Shown here one piece after another: positions 18,024 through 26,174 of a DNA stretch of 33,685 nucleotides. Position 1 is the first letter of the stretch, and each line of letters opens with the position of its first letter. This stretch comes from an uncultured Gemmatimonadaceae bacterium (GTDB lineage Bacteria > Gemmatimonadota > Gemmatimonadetes > Gemmatimonadales > Gemmatimonadaceae). A program made the translations under genes and the position numbers. The stretch spans positions 1 to 33,685 of the forward strand of contig CBIHMX010000001.1 in the NCBI GenBank assembly GCA_966211115.1. The letters run 5' to 3'. A model generated the notes under the pieces. That model saw nothing but the letters and a program-made list of their open reading frames with translations. It was not told the DNA's origin and did not search any database.

Positions 18024-19178
18024 ATGATCCTGCTCATCACGGCTGCAGTCGCATTTTCCCTGCTGGTGCTGGCGTGGGTCATATACCCTGCCGCCATGCG
18101 GCTCAGGGCGGGTTCGACTCGGGCCGAAGCCGTGGAAACGGGCGGGCCAGACGAACGCGTCGCGGTGATTCTTGCGACCCGCGATGATCCCGCATTTGCC
18201 GTGACGCGGGTGCAGAACCTGCGCGCGAACGACTATCCCGAGTCCCTGCTCCGTGTCGTGGTCGGCGTTGATGTCAATTCGATGTTTCCACTCGACGCCT
18301 ATCGGCAGGTGCTGGCCGGTCTCGCCGACGTCGTTCCGGGTGATGCGGGTGGCGGCAAGGCGTTGACCCTGAACGCTGCCGTGCGCACCGCGACTGGCGC
18401 AGACGTGCTGGTGTTTGCCGACGTTGGCCAGGAGTTCAATCGAGAAGCGATCGGGATTCTCGTCGCTGCCCTGCGTGACGGCACACGCGGGGCCGCCACC
18501 GGCCGCTATACGCACGGTCGTCAGGATGGCATCATGTCCGCCTACGCCGACCTCGAGGCGCTGATTCGATCGGGGCAATCAGCTGGCCGCAGCGTGGTTT
18601 CGGCAACCGGCGCGATCCTCGCCCTCAGGCCGGCACTCTGGAAGGACATGCCGGCCGGCCTCATTTGCGACGACCTCTTCACCGGACTCTCCGTCGTCAG
18701 GCAGGGATCGCGCGTCGTGTTCTGCCCCGAAGCCGTGGCGTACGACCCGCGCACCTTCACGCGCGACCAGCAGTTCGCGCGGCGCGTGCGCACGCTCACG
18801 GGGCTGATCCAGTACTGCATGATTGCCCCCGCCGCGCTGTTCCCATGGAGCAACCCGGTCTGGGGGCACTTCTTCATCCACAAGATCCTGCGATTGCTCA
18901 CGCCGCTGTTGTTCGCCGTCGCTGTGGTCTCGGCCGGCGCCTGGCTCGTTCCCCGCGCACCCTTCGTGGTGATCGGCGCGGTAGCGGCGGCGGCAGGTAT
19001 CGCCGGGGCGATCTGGCTGTTTTCTCCCGAGAAGTTCCGGAAGCTGCGCGACCACGTCATCTGGGCGTTCCGCCTCATGCTCGTGCCGATCCTCGCGATT
19101 GCCAATGGCATTCGCGGTCGCTGGTCCGTCTGGGGCCCCACGCCCCAGGTGCGCGCTACCCCGCACCCGGGCGCCTGA
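18024..19178 (+). CDS. Glycosyltransferase family 2, membrane-anchored (processive-type architecture)
   Basis: The ORF is 384 aa. It has an N-terminal TM segment, a GT-A core (VAVILATRDDP, GGGKALTLNAAV, VLVFADVG, LICDDL) and a QQFARRVR (QxxRW-like) region, followed by C-terminal TM helices. Confidence 0.85.
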   Translation: MILLITAAVAFSLLVLAWVIYPAAMRLRAGSTRAEAVETGGPDERVAVILATRDDPAFAVTRVQNLRANDYPESLLRVVVGVDVNSMFPLDAYRQVLAGLADVVPGDAGGGKALTLNAAVRTATGADVLVFADVGQEFNREAIGILVAALRDGTRGAATGRYTHGRQDGIMSAYADLEALIRSGQSAGRSVVSATGAILALRPALWKDMPAGLICDDLFTGLSVVRQGSRVVFCPEAVAYDPRTFTRDQQFARRVRTLTGLIQYCMIAPAALFPWSNPVWGHFFIHKILRLLTPLLFAVAVVSAGAWLVPRAPFVVIGAVAAAAGIAGAIWLFSPEKFRKLRDHVIWAFRLMLVPILAIANGIRGRWSVWGPTPQVRATPHPGA

Positions 19179-19180
19179 CG

Positions 19181-21136
19181 ATGTGTGGCATCTGCGGCGT
19201 GGCATTCCCGGCTGGTTCGAACCGGCGGCTGGATCGTGCGCTGATCGAACGCATGAACAGCACCATCGCCCATCGGGGTCCGGACGGTGAAGGCATCTTC
19301 GTGCAGGACGGCATCGGCCTCGGTCATCGGCGGCTGAGCATTGTCGACGTCGCCCTGGGCGCGCAGCCCATGTCGGTCCGGGATGGCGCCGTCCAGATGA
19401 TCTACAATGGGGAGATCTACAACCACCCGACGCTGATGCCGGAGCTCAAGGCCGCCGGCGTGCAGTACCGGACGCGTTCGGACACCGAGACCATCCTGCA
19501 CCTCTACGAACGCGACGGGCGGGAGATGCCGAGGCACCTGCGCGGCATGTTCGCGTTCGCGATCTGGGACGCCCGTTCGCGCGAGTTGCTACTGGCACGC
19601 GACCGACTCGGCGTGAAGCCCCTGTACTACGTCCACACCGATGACGGCTCGCTCTTCTTCGCGTCGGAGATCAAGGCGTTGCTGGCCGGTGGCGCGGTGC
19701 AACCGTCGCTCAACCTCGCTGCGTTCCCGGATTACCTCGCCAACCACGGCACCTGCGGCGAGGACACGCTCTTCGAGGGCGTGAAACGACTTCCCCCGGG
19801 CCACACGCTCGTCTGGAAGGACGGCCGCATCCGGATCGACCGCTACTGGTCATTGAGCTTCAACCCGTCCGCCATCGACCAGCGCGCCGATCGCGTCCTC
19901 ATCGACGAGTACCGGGAACGTTTCCGCGAGTCAGTGCGGCTCCGCCTGATGGCCGACGTCCCGTTAGGCATGTTCCTGTCCGGCGGTATCGATTCGGCGT
20001 CGATAACGGCCATGATGAGCACGCTCGTGAACGACCCAATCAGGACCTTCTCGGTGGCCTTTGCCGAGCGAGAGGCGAACGAGCTGGCGTACGCGCGGCT
20101 GGTGGCGTCGAGGTACCGGACGGACCATCACGAGATCGTCGTCACGCCCGAGCAGTTCTTCGGGGCCCTGCCCACGCTCGTCTGGCACGAAGACGAGCCG
20201 ATTGCCCATCCCTCCAGCATCGCCCTCAACTTCGTGTCCCGCCTGGCCGCCGAGCGGGTGAAGGTCGTGCTCACCGGCGAGGGAAGCGACGAAACGTTAG
20301 GCGGCTATGGCCGGTACCGTTACACCATCTGGAACCTCATGCTCGGCCGCACAGCGCGGGCCGTCACCGGGTCCGCCGGTCACCGACTCGGCTCCGCGAT
20401 CGTCGAACGGTTGCCGCGTGGTTCGCGGTGGCAGGCACGGCTCCGACGGACCGCACTGAGCCGGCCCGCGACGCTCGACGACCTGTACTTCGACAACTTT
20501 GCCGTCTTCGACCGGCGCGCGATCCGCGCGCTCCTGGCCCCCGCCCATCGCGAGACGCTCGGCCACATCGATCCGTATGCCGTCGCACACGAACTGCTGC
20601 GCACGACCGATGCCGGATCCACGCTCAACCAGTTGCTCCACGTCGACCTGTTCACCTACCTGCACGAGCTGCTGATGAAGCAGGACCAGATGAGCATGGC
20701 CGCGTCGATCGAGAGTCGCGTGCCGTTCCTGGATCATCCGCTCATCGAGTTCACGGCCACGTTGCCCGAACGGCTCAAGCTGCGAGGCGGCACGACCAAG
20801 TATGTCCTGCGCGAGGCAATGCGCGACTTTCTCCCGCCCGAGATCCTCTCCCGCAGCAAGATGGGGTTTCCGGTGCCGGTGGGGCGCTGGTTCCGCGAGG
20901 CGTACGCCGGTTGGTTGAACGAGTTCGTCCTGGGAGAGCGCGCCAACGCCCGCGGCCTCTTCGATCCAGCGGCCACGCGCACGCTCGTGGCCGAACATGC
21001 GTCGCGCGAGCGCGACCACACCGAGCGGTTGTGGGCGCTCGTCAACGTCGAGCTCTGGCACCGCATCTTCGTCGACGGCGAGTCGCCGGAGGACGTCGGC
21101 CTGACCGCGCCGGCCCTCGCAGCCGCCGCCCGTTAG
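19181..21136 (+). CDS. asnB: Asparagine synthase (glutamine-hydrolysing) family amidotransferase of the kind found in EPS/exosortase loci
   Basis: The start at MCGICG (ATG 19181) places the Ntn nucleophile Cys at residue 2. The PP-loop FLSGGIDSAS is present. The longer track ORF 18665..21136 overlaps the GT2 gene in another frame and was trimmed. Confidence 0.92.
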   Translation: MCGICGVAFPAGSNRRLDRALIERMNSTIAHRGPDGEGIFVQDGIGLGHRRLSIVDVALGAQPMSVRDGAVQMIYNGEIYNHPTLMPELKAAGVQYRTRSDTETILHLYERDGREMPRHLRGMFAFAIWDARSRELLLARDRLGVKPLYYVHTDDGSLFFASEIKALLAGGAVQPSLNLAAFPDYLANHGTCGEDTLFEGVKRLPPGHTLVWKDGRIRIDRYWSLSFNPSAIDQRADRVLIDEYRERFRESVRLRLMADVPLGMFLSGGIDSASITAMMSTLVNDPIRTFSVAFAEREANELAYARLVASRYRTDHHEIVVTPEQFFGALPTLVWHEDEPIAHPSSIALNFVSRLAAERVKVVLTGEGSDETLGGYGRYRYTIWNLMLGRTARAVTGSAGHRLGSAIVERLPRGSRWQARLRRTALSRPATLDDLYFDNFAVFDRRAIRALLAPAHRETLGHIDPYAVAHELLRTTDAGSTLNQLLHVDLFTYLHELLMKQDQMSMAASIESRVPFLDHPLIEFTATLPERLKLRGGTTKYVLREAMRDFLPPEILSRSKMGFPVPVGRWFREAYAGWLNEFVLGERANARGLFDPAATRTLVAEHASRERDHTERLWALVNVELWHRIFVDGESPEDVGLTAPALAAAAR

Positions 21137-22365
21137 TGCACCTGCTCTGGCTGAAGACGGAGCTGCTCCACCCGATCGACAAGGGTGGACGCATCCGGAC
21201 CTACAGCATGCTGCGCGCCCTGAAGCGGCGCCACCAGGTCACGTACCTCACGCTCGATAATGGGCTGGCGGCACCTGACGCGGCGGCCAGGGCCCTGGAA
21301 TACTGTCACGAACTGATTCGCATTCCCTTCGTCGAAGCCCCGCGCGGCTCGCCGCGGTTCTGGATGGAACTGGCCGCCAACCTCGGGTCGTCGCTGCCTT
21401 ACGCGGTATCGAAGTATCGATCGGACGCGATGCGTCGCGCCATCGAAGACGCCGTGCGCACCCGGGCCATCGACGTCGTGGTCTGCGATTTCCTGTTTCC
21501 GAGCCAGAACGTTCCCGATCGGCTGCCCTGCCGAACGGTACTCTTCCAGCACAACGTCGAGGCGGCGATCTGGAAGCGACACGCGGACGTCCGCACGAGC
21601 GCACCGGGAAAGGCGTACTTTCGCGAGCAGTGGCGGCGCATGGCCCGCTTCGAACGGCAGGAGTGCCGCCGCTTCGACCAGGTCGTGGCCGTGTCCCGAA
21701 CCGACGCGGCGGCCATCGAACGGGAGTACGGTCTCGAGAACGTCGCGGACGTCCCGACCGGAGTGGACATCGACTACTTCCGTCCGGCAGGCCGGGCGCC
21801 CCTCGAACCGCACAACCTGGTGTTCACGGGATCGATGGACTGGATGCCTAACGAAGACGGGATCAACTGGTTCGTCGAAGACGTCCTGCCACGGATCCAC
21901 GACCGGCTGCCCGACGTCACCCTGACCGTCGTGGGTCGCAACCCCCCGGCCGCGATCCGGGCGCTCGCGGCCCGCGACCCCCGCCTTCGCGTGACCGGTT
22001 CGGTGCCTGACGTGCGTCCCTACATGGAAGCCGCCCCGGTCTTCGTGGTTCCCTTGAGGGTCGGTGGCGGAACACGGCTCAAGATCTTCGAGGCCCTGGC
22101 GATGGAGCGCGCGCTCGTCTCTACCACGATCGGCGCCGAAGGGCTTCCGCTGGTGGACGGACAGCACGCCCGCATCGCCGACCGTGCCGAAGATTTTGCC
22201 CGGCAGGTCATCGATCTCCTCAGCGAGCCCGCGCGCGCGGCACGTATGGGGCAGTCAGGCGCCGCGTACGTCCGCGAACGGTTCGGTTGGGATGGCGTCG
22301 CCGAGACGTTTGCCGCGCTGGTGACGGCGCCCGTCCCGCGCGGCGCTGCGCTGGCGTCGCGCTGA
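21136..22365 (+). CDS. Glycosyltransferase family 4, resembling PEP-CTERM/EpsH1-system-associated sugar transferases
   Basis: The start is GTG 21136, which overlaps the asnB TAG stop by 1 nt. The N-terminus VHLLWLKTELLHPIDKGGRIRTYSMLRAL resembles the LxPxxKGxxIRxY start of that family. The C-terminal GT-B part is FVVPLRVGGGTRLKIFEALAMERALVSTTIGAEGL. Confidence 0.8.
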   Translation: MHLLWLKTELLHPIDKGGRIRTYSMLRALKRRHQVTYLTLDNGLAAPDAAARALEYCHELIRIPFVEAPRGSPRFWMELAANLGSSLPYAVSKYRSDAMRRAIEDAVRTRAIDVVVCDFLFPSQNVPDRLPCRTVLFQHNVEAAIWKRHADVRTSAPGKAYFREQWRRMARFERQECRRFDQVVAVSRTDAAAIEREYGLENVADVPTGVDIDYFRPAGRAPLEPHNLVFTGSMDWMPNEDGINWFVEDVLPRIHDRLPDVTLTVVGRNPPAAIRALAARDPRLRVTGSVPDVRPYMEAAPVFVVPLRVGGGTRLKIFEALAMERALVSTTIGAEGLPLVDGQHARIADRAEDFARQVIDLLSEPARAARMGQSGAAYVRERFGWDGVAETFAALVTAPVPRGAALASR

Positions 22366-24063
22366 CTAGCGCCCGATCCGGCGCTTCACGTCAATCACGG
22401 TGAGCCCGCCGAGGGCATTCACGGTATGTACGCCGGTCAGCCCTGGTTGCCACTGCGGAAGCAACCGGGCCACAGTCGCTTCCTCGTAGTGGTGCTCGTC
22501 GAGCCGGACGATGCGCTGGATGTTGGTTGCTGACCCATAACCGCCTGACGAGTCCTGCGACGGGCGGTACCAGGCGCCGCCCCGCTGAAAGAGAGCACCC
22601 GCCGGACGCGCAGTGCGAACGTCGGACACCACCGGGTTCAGGCGGTGTGGCGTCCACGGGCCGATCGGCGATGGGGCGTGGAACAGGTGAAGTTCATCCC
22701 AATACGACGCACCGGGCACGGGACTGTTGGCGAACATCCACCACGTTCCGCCGATCTCGGCCAGCGTGCAGTCGGCGAGGGGAATGTCCTTCATGAGCAC
22801 CTGCTCGAGCGTCCACTCGTAAGGCGCCCTGATTCCGCGGTACAGCTCCACCCGGTGCTCATCGACCGATTCCGGAATCATGTACGAGTCGCCGCGCCAG
22901 CTGAACACGAACGGATACGAAAGGTGGTATCCGGGATTCAGCACGACCTGCGGTTCACCGACCGGGCCATCGGGACCGAGTTCGAGGGCCGAGATCACCC
23001 CGCGGTTGGTTGCATACCGGTAGTCCTCGAAGAGGACGTATTCGGCCCCGCCCACACGCATGGGAAACGGATCCGCCCAGTACTGGCCGGCCGGCGGCAG
23101 CAGTTTCCGGAAGCGGAAGGGCGACAGGTCCGGTTCGCGATTGTCGTCAGGCGCTCCGGCGCGCCGGCGCCAGGCAAGGTACCACTGCTCCTTCGACGTC
23201 AGCGATTGCCACTTCGCGTGAAGGCGCCGCGCGGCCAGACCGGGCAACGCCGCCAGCATGTCGGCATTTCGTGGTACGACGTACAACCGATGGCCGTAGG
23301 CGGACGGCGGCGCGGGCTCTTTCGCGGGCAAAAGTCCCAGCTGGACCCGCCGCATCGCGCGGGCAAGAAAGTCCGCGCTCTTCCAGTAGATCTCCACCCG
23401 GCTCCGCGCCACCGAGTAGATGTTCGTTGCGCCCCATGACCGGTACAGCACTTCCCCGTCGTCGAGCGACTCGGTCAACCGCTGGAGGATCGTTCCTGTT
23501 ATCGGCTCCGCTTCCATCACCTCCCAGAAGCAGGGCGGACCTCCTCGATACCGCGTGTTGTCGCCATGATGGTACGACCACACCCCATAACGAGCGGCGG
23601 AAAGAATGCCTCCCTTGAGGATCCGGAAGCCCAGCCTGACCAGGACGTCCAGGCGCGCCTGCCGAACGACAGTCACGTCGGCGTCGAGGAGTTCATCGGA
23701 TGACTGGGTCTGCTTCGGCATTACGTCCACCGTGCGGACGCCATCCAGGAGCGCCGAGATATCCCGCTCCGCGAACGGGTCGGGCTCCGCCCTGTACTTT
23801 CGGGAGTCGAATCGCTGGTACAGCGCAAAAAGCAGTTGCCGTCGATTCCTCCAGTATGACGCGACCCGTGATCGCTTCGGTGGTGGAGGCGTCGCATTGC
23901 GGACAATCAGGTGAAATTCACCCGCTCCCGAGTCGACGATCTGTCGTAAGGCACGTTCGACCCATGCCGGCTGAGTGAACGAATCGACCAGCAGTCCCAC
24001 GCGAAGTGGACCGACCGGTCCTTCGGGGGTCTCGGCGTCTGCGTCAGGCATCGGCGGACGCAA
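22366..24063 (-). CDS. Two-domain protein: formyltransferase-like N-domain fused to a beta-propeller-like domain (glucosamine-inositolphosphorylceramide-transferase-N / GH43-like)
   Basis: The ORF is 565 aa. The N-terminal part is LDVLVRLGFRILKGGILSAARYGVWSYHHGDN. The C-terminal part is YWADPFPMRVGGAEYVLFEDY...HLSYPFVFSWRGDSYMIPES...WWMFAN...LFHAPSPIGPWTPH. It is convergent with the GT4 gene, with zero intergenic bases. Confidence 0.7.
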   Translation of the reverse strand: MRPPMPDADAETPEGPVGPLRVGLLVDSFTQPAWVERALRQIVDSGAGEFHLIVRNATPPPPKRSRVASYWRNRRQLLFALYQRFDSRKYRAEPDPFAERDISALLDGVRTVDVMPKQTQSSDELLDADVTVVRQARLDVLVRLGFRILKGGILSAARYGVWSYHHGDNTRYRGGPPCFWEVMEAEPITGTILQRLTESLDDGEVLYRSWGATNIYSVARSRVEIYWKSADFLARAMRRVQLGLLPAKEPAPPSAYGHRLYVVPRNADMLAALPGLAARRLHAKWQSLTSKEQWYLAWRRRAGAPDDNREPDLSPFRFRKLLPPAGQYWADPFPMRVGGAEYVLFEDYRYATNRGVISALELGPDGPVGEPQVVLNPGYHLSYPFVFSWRGDSYMIPESVDEHRVELYRGIRAPYEWTLEQVLMKDIPLADCTLAEIGGTWWMFANSPVPGASYWDELHLFHAPSPIGPWTPHRLNPVVSDVRTARPAGALFQRGGAWYRPSQDSSGGYGSATNIQRIVRLDEHHYEEATVARLLPQWQPGLTGVHTVNALGGLTVIDVKRRIGR

Positions 24064-24292
24064 AATATGCCCTGCTCATCGAGGCATGCAACGCACGGGA
24101 ACAATGTCTTAACCGCGGTTGTTGGCTAGACTATCGTTGGAACTGGCCAAAACTGCGGAGGTCAATCGATGGGCTTCACATCAGGAAAGTCTGTCTGGCT
24201 GATACGAAAACACCACCGGCCGCCGGCGCCAGCGCGGATTACCACTCGGTGAACTCCAGATCGCCCTGGACCTCTCCCGCCCGGAACACATC

Positions 24293-24871
24293 ATGCTTGA
24301 CCTCACTTCGGCCCGGCTCTGCGTGGTCGACGTGGGATGCGGCATCGGACAGCTCTTCGTGGCGAAGGGCCATGAAATCCCGCCCGGCGTCAGGCGGTAC
24401 GCATTCGACGTCGATGCGGCCGCCATTGCTTACGCGAAGGAGAGGTGGCCGCAGCAGGCCGAATTCGCCGTGGCACCAGCCGAGAGACTGCCGCTGAAGG
24501 ATGATTCGGTCGATTTTTACGTGGCGAGGGTGGCATTGCAGGTCGCGCACATCCCGTCGGTTCTTCAGGAAGCGGCGCGGGTGCTCATTCCCGGTGGTCG
24601 CTTGTGGATCACGCCGCATCCGCTGTCGATGACGCTGGACGAGATCGGCACCGCGGTGCGCAAACTCAAGGTGAAAGAAGCTCGTCATCGGTCGATCGTG
24701 CTGGTGAACGGGCTCGTCTTTCAGCTGACTGGACGGCGGTCACGGATTCTTGGCGTCACCAGCGCGTGGCAGGGCGAACGGGGGATGCGCCGCGAACTCG
24801 CGGCCGACTTCCGGGACGTGCAGGTTACTTCCAGCAGGCGACACTTTCTGATCGAGGCCATTCGTCGATGA
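24293..24871 (+). CDS. Class I SAM-dependent methyltransferase
   Basis: The ORF is 192 aa. Motif I is VVDVGCGIGQL. The post-I region is acidic. LIPGGRLWIT is typical of Methyltransf_11/25. No earlier in-frame start exists after the stop at 24200-24202. Confidence 0.8.
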   Translation: MLDLTSARLCVVDVGCGIGQLFVAKGHEIPPGVRRYAFDVDAAAIAYAKERWPQQAEFAVAPAERLPLKDDSVDFYVARVALQVAHIPSVLQEAARVLIPGGRLWITPHPLSMTLDEIGTAVRKLKVKEARHRSIVLVNGLVFQLTGRRSRILGVTSAWQGERGMRRELAADFRDVQVTSSRRHFLIEAIRR

Positions 24872-24884
24872 TCCACCAGGTCGC

Positions 24885-26057
24885 GTGAGCCAGGTTGAGG
24901 GAATTCCGGAGACCGTCGGGGCACTGACCAGCCTGACGCCTGACGAGGCAATGTTTCAAGACGCCGTCGCGGCCTTCGCCGAGAACGAGGTCCGCCCGCG
25001 CGTGAATGCGATGGAGAAGGCGGCGCACCTCGACCCGGCGCTCATCCGCGCCGCCTTCGACCTCGGCCTCATGGGCATCGAAGTGGACGAACGGTTCGGC
25101 GGCGCATCAGGCTCGCTCATGATGGTGACCATCGCCGTCGAGGCGATCAGCCGTGTGGACGCGTCGGCGGCGATCATCATCGACGTCCAGAACACACTGG
25201 TGAACTACCCGATCGCCCGGAACGGCAACGAGGAGCAGAAGCAGCAGTATCTCACGCGGCTGACGTCGAACACCGTCGGTGCCTACGCGTTGTCCGAACC
25301 CGGTTCTGGCTCCGACGCGTTTGGCCTGGCGACGCGCGCCGAACGACGCGGCGACACCTGGGTGCTGAATGGCCGGAAGATGTGGATCACGAACGGCGCC
25401 GAGGCCGAAATCTTCGTGGTCTTTGCGAACGCTGATCCCGCTGCCGGGCATCGCGGCATTACGGCGTTCATCGTCGAGAAGGGTTTTCCGGGCTTTGCCG
25501 TCGGACGCAAGGAGGACAAGCTCGGCATCCGCGCCTCGAGCACGACCGAGTTGATCCTCGACAACTGCGAAGTCCCCTCGGCCAATGTGCTTGGTCCGGC
25601 TGGACAGGGGTACAAGATCGCGATCGACACGCTGAACGGCGGCCGGATCGGTATCGGAGCGCAGATGATCGGCGTCGCGCGTGGCGCCCTCGACGCGGCC
25701 ATCGGGTACGTCAAGGAAAGACAAGCATTCGGGAAGAGCATTGCCGAATTTCAGGGGATCCAGTTCCAGTTGGCGCAGGCAGCGACCGAGCTGGAGGCGG
25801 CACGCCTCCTCGTTTACAACGCGGCCAGGCTTCGCGACACCGGGCGGGACGTGATGAAGGAAGGGGCCATGGCCAAGTTGTTTTCGTCCCAGGTGTGCGA
25901 ACGCGTTACGTCGCTCTGCGTCGAACTCTTCGGTGGCTACGGGTACACGAAGGACTTCCCAGTCGAGAAGTTCTACCGGGACGCCAAGATCGGCACCATT
26001 TACGAAGGCACGTCGAACATGCAGTTGCACACGATCGCCAAGCAGATCCTCAAGTAA
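24885..26057 (+). CDS. Acyl-CoA dehydrogenase (short/branched-chain type)
   Basis: The ORF is 390 aa. It has YALSEPGSGSDA and WITNG, and the catalytic-base region is IYEGTSNMQ. Confidence 0.92.
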   Translation: MSQVEGIPETVGALTSLTPDEAMFQDAVAAFAENEVRPRVNAMEKAAHLDPALIRAAFDLGLMGIEVDERFGGASGSLMMVTIAVEAISRVDASAAIIIDVQNTLVNYPIARNGNEEQKQQYLTRLTSNTVGAYALSEPGSGSDAFGLATRAERRGDTWVLNGRKMWITNGAEAEIFVVFANADPAAGHRGITAFIVEKGFPGFAVGRKEDKLGIRASSTTELILDNCEVPSANVLGPAGQGYKIAIDTLNGGRIGIGAQMIGVARGALDAAIGYVKERQAFGKSIAEFQGIQFQLAQAATELEAARLLVYNAARLRDTGRDVMKEGAMAKLFSSQVCERVTSLCVELFGGYGYTKDFPVEKFYRDAKIGTIYEGTSNMQLHTIAKQILK

Positions 26058-26086
26058 CTGGGGTCAGCCCCCGAGCCGGTTAGTTC

Positions 26087-26135
26087 GGGGTCAGACACGG
26101 GGTCAGACCCCGGGTCTGACCCCGGGTCTGACCCC
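26087..26135 (+). terminator. 24-bp near-perfect inverted repeat (probable intrinsic terminator or protein-binding array) after the acyl-CoA dehydrogenase gene
   Basis: GGGGTCAGACACGGGGTCAGACCC (26087-26110) is the reverse complement of GGGTCTGACCCCGGGTCTGACCCC (26112-26135), with one mismatch. A T-containing tail (TTGGGTTTGACCTTGTTCT) follows. Confidence 0.5.
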
Positions 26136-26174
26136 GAACTTGGGTTTGACCTTGTTCTGACCACGGAGTAGCCG

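Noticed and set aside
18542-19537. Long antisense and alternate-frame ORFs throughout the window. Examples are 18542..19537(-), 21133..22167(-), 28830..29798(+), 16932..17687(-), 13873..14586(-), 5311..6120(+), 6929..7660(+), 25107..26030(-) and 31603..32457(-).
   Set aside because: Their products are Arg/Pro/Gly/Ala-rich low-complexity translations with no recognisable motifs. Each lies opposite or out of frame with a gene that has clear family signatures. Stop-codon scarcity in high-GC DNA produces such shadow ORFs.
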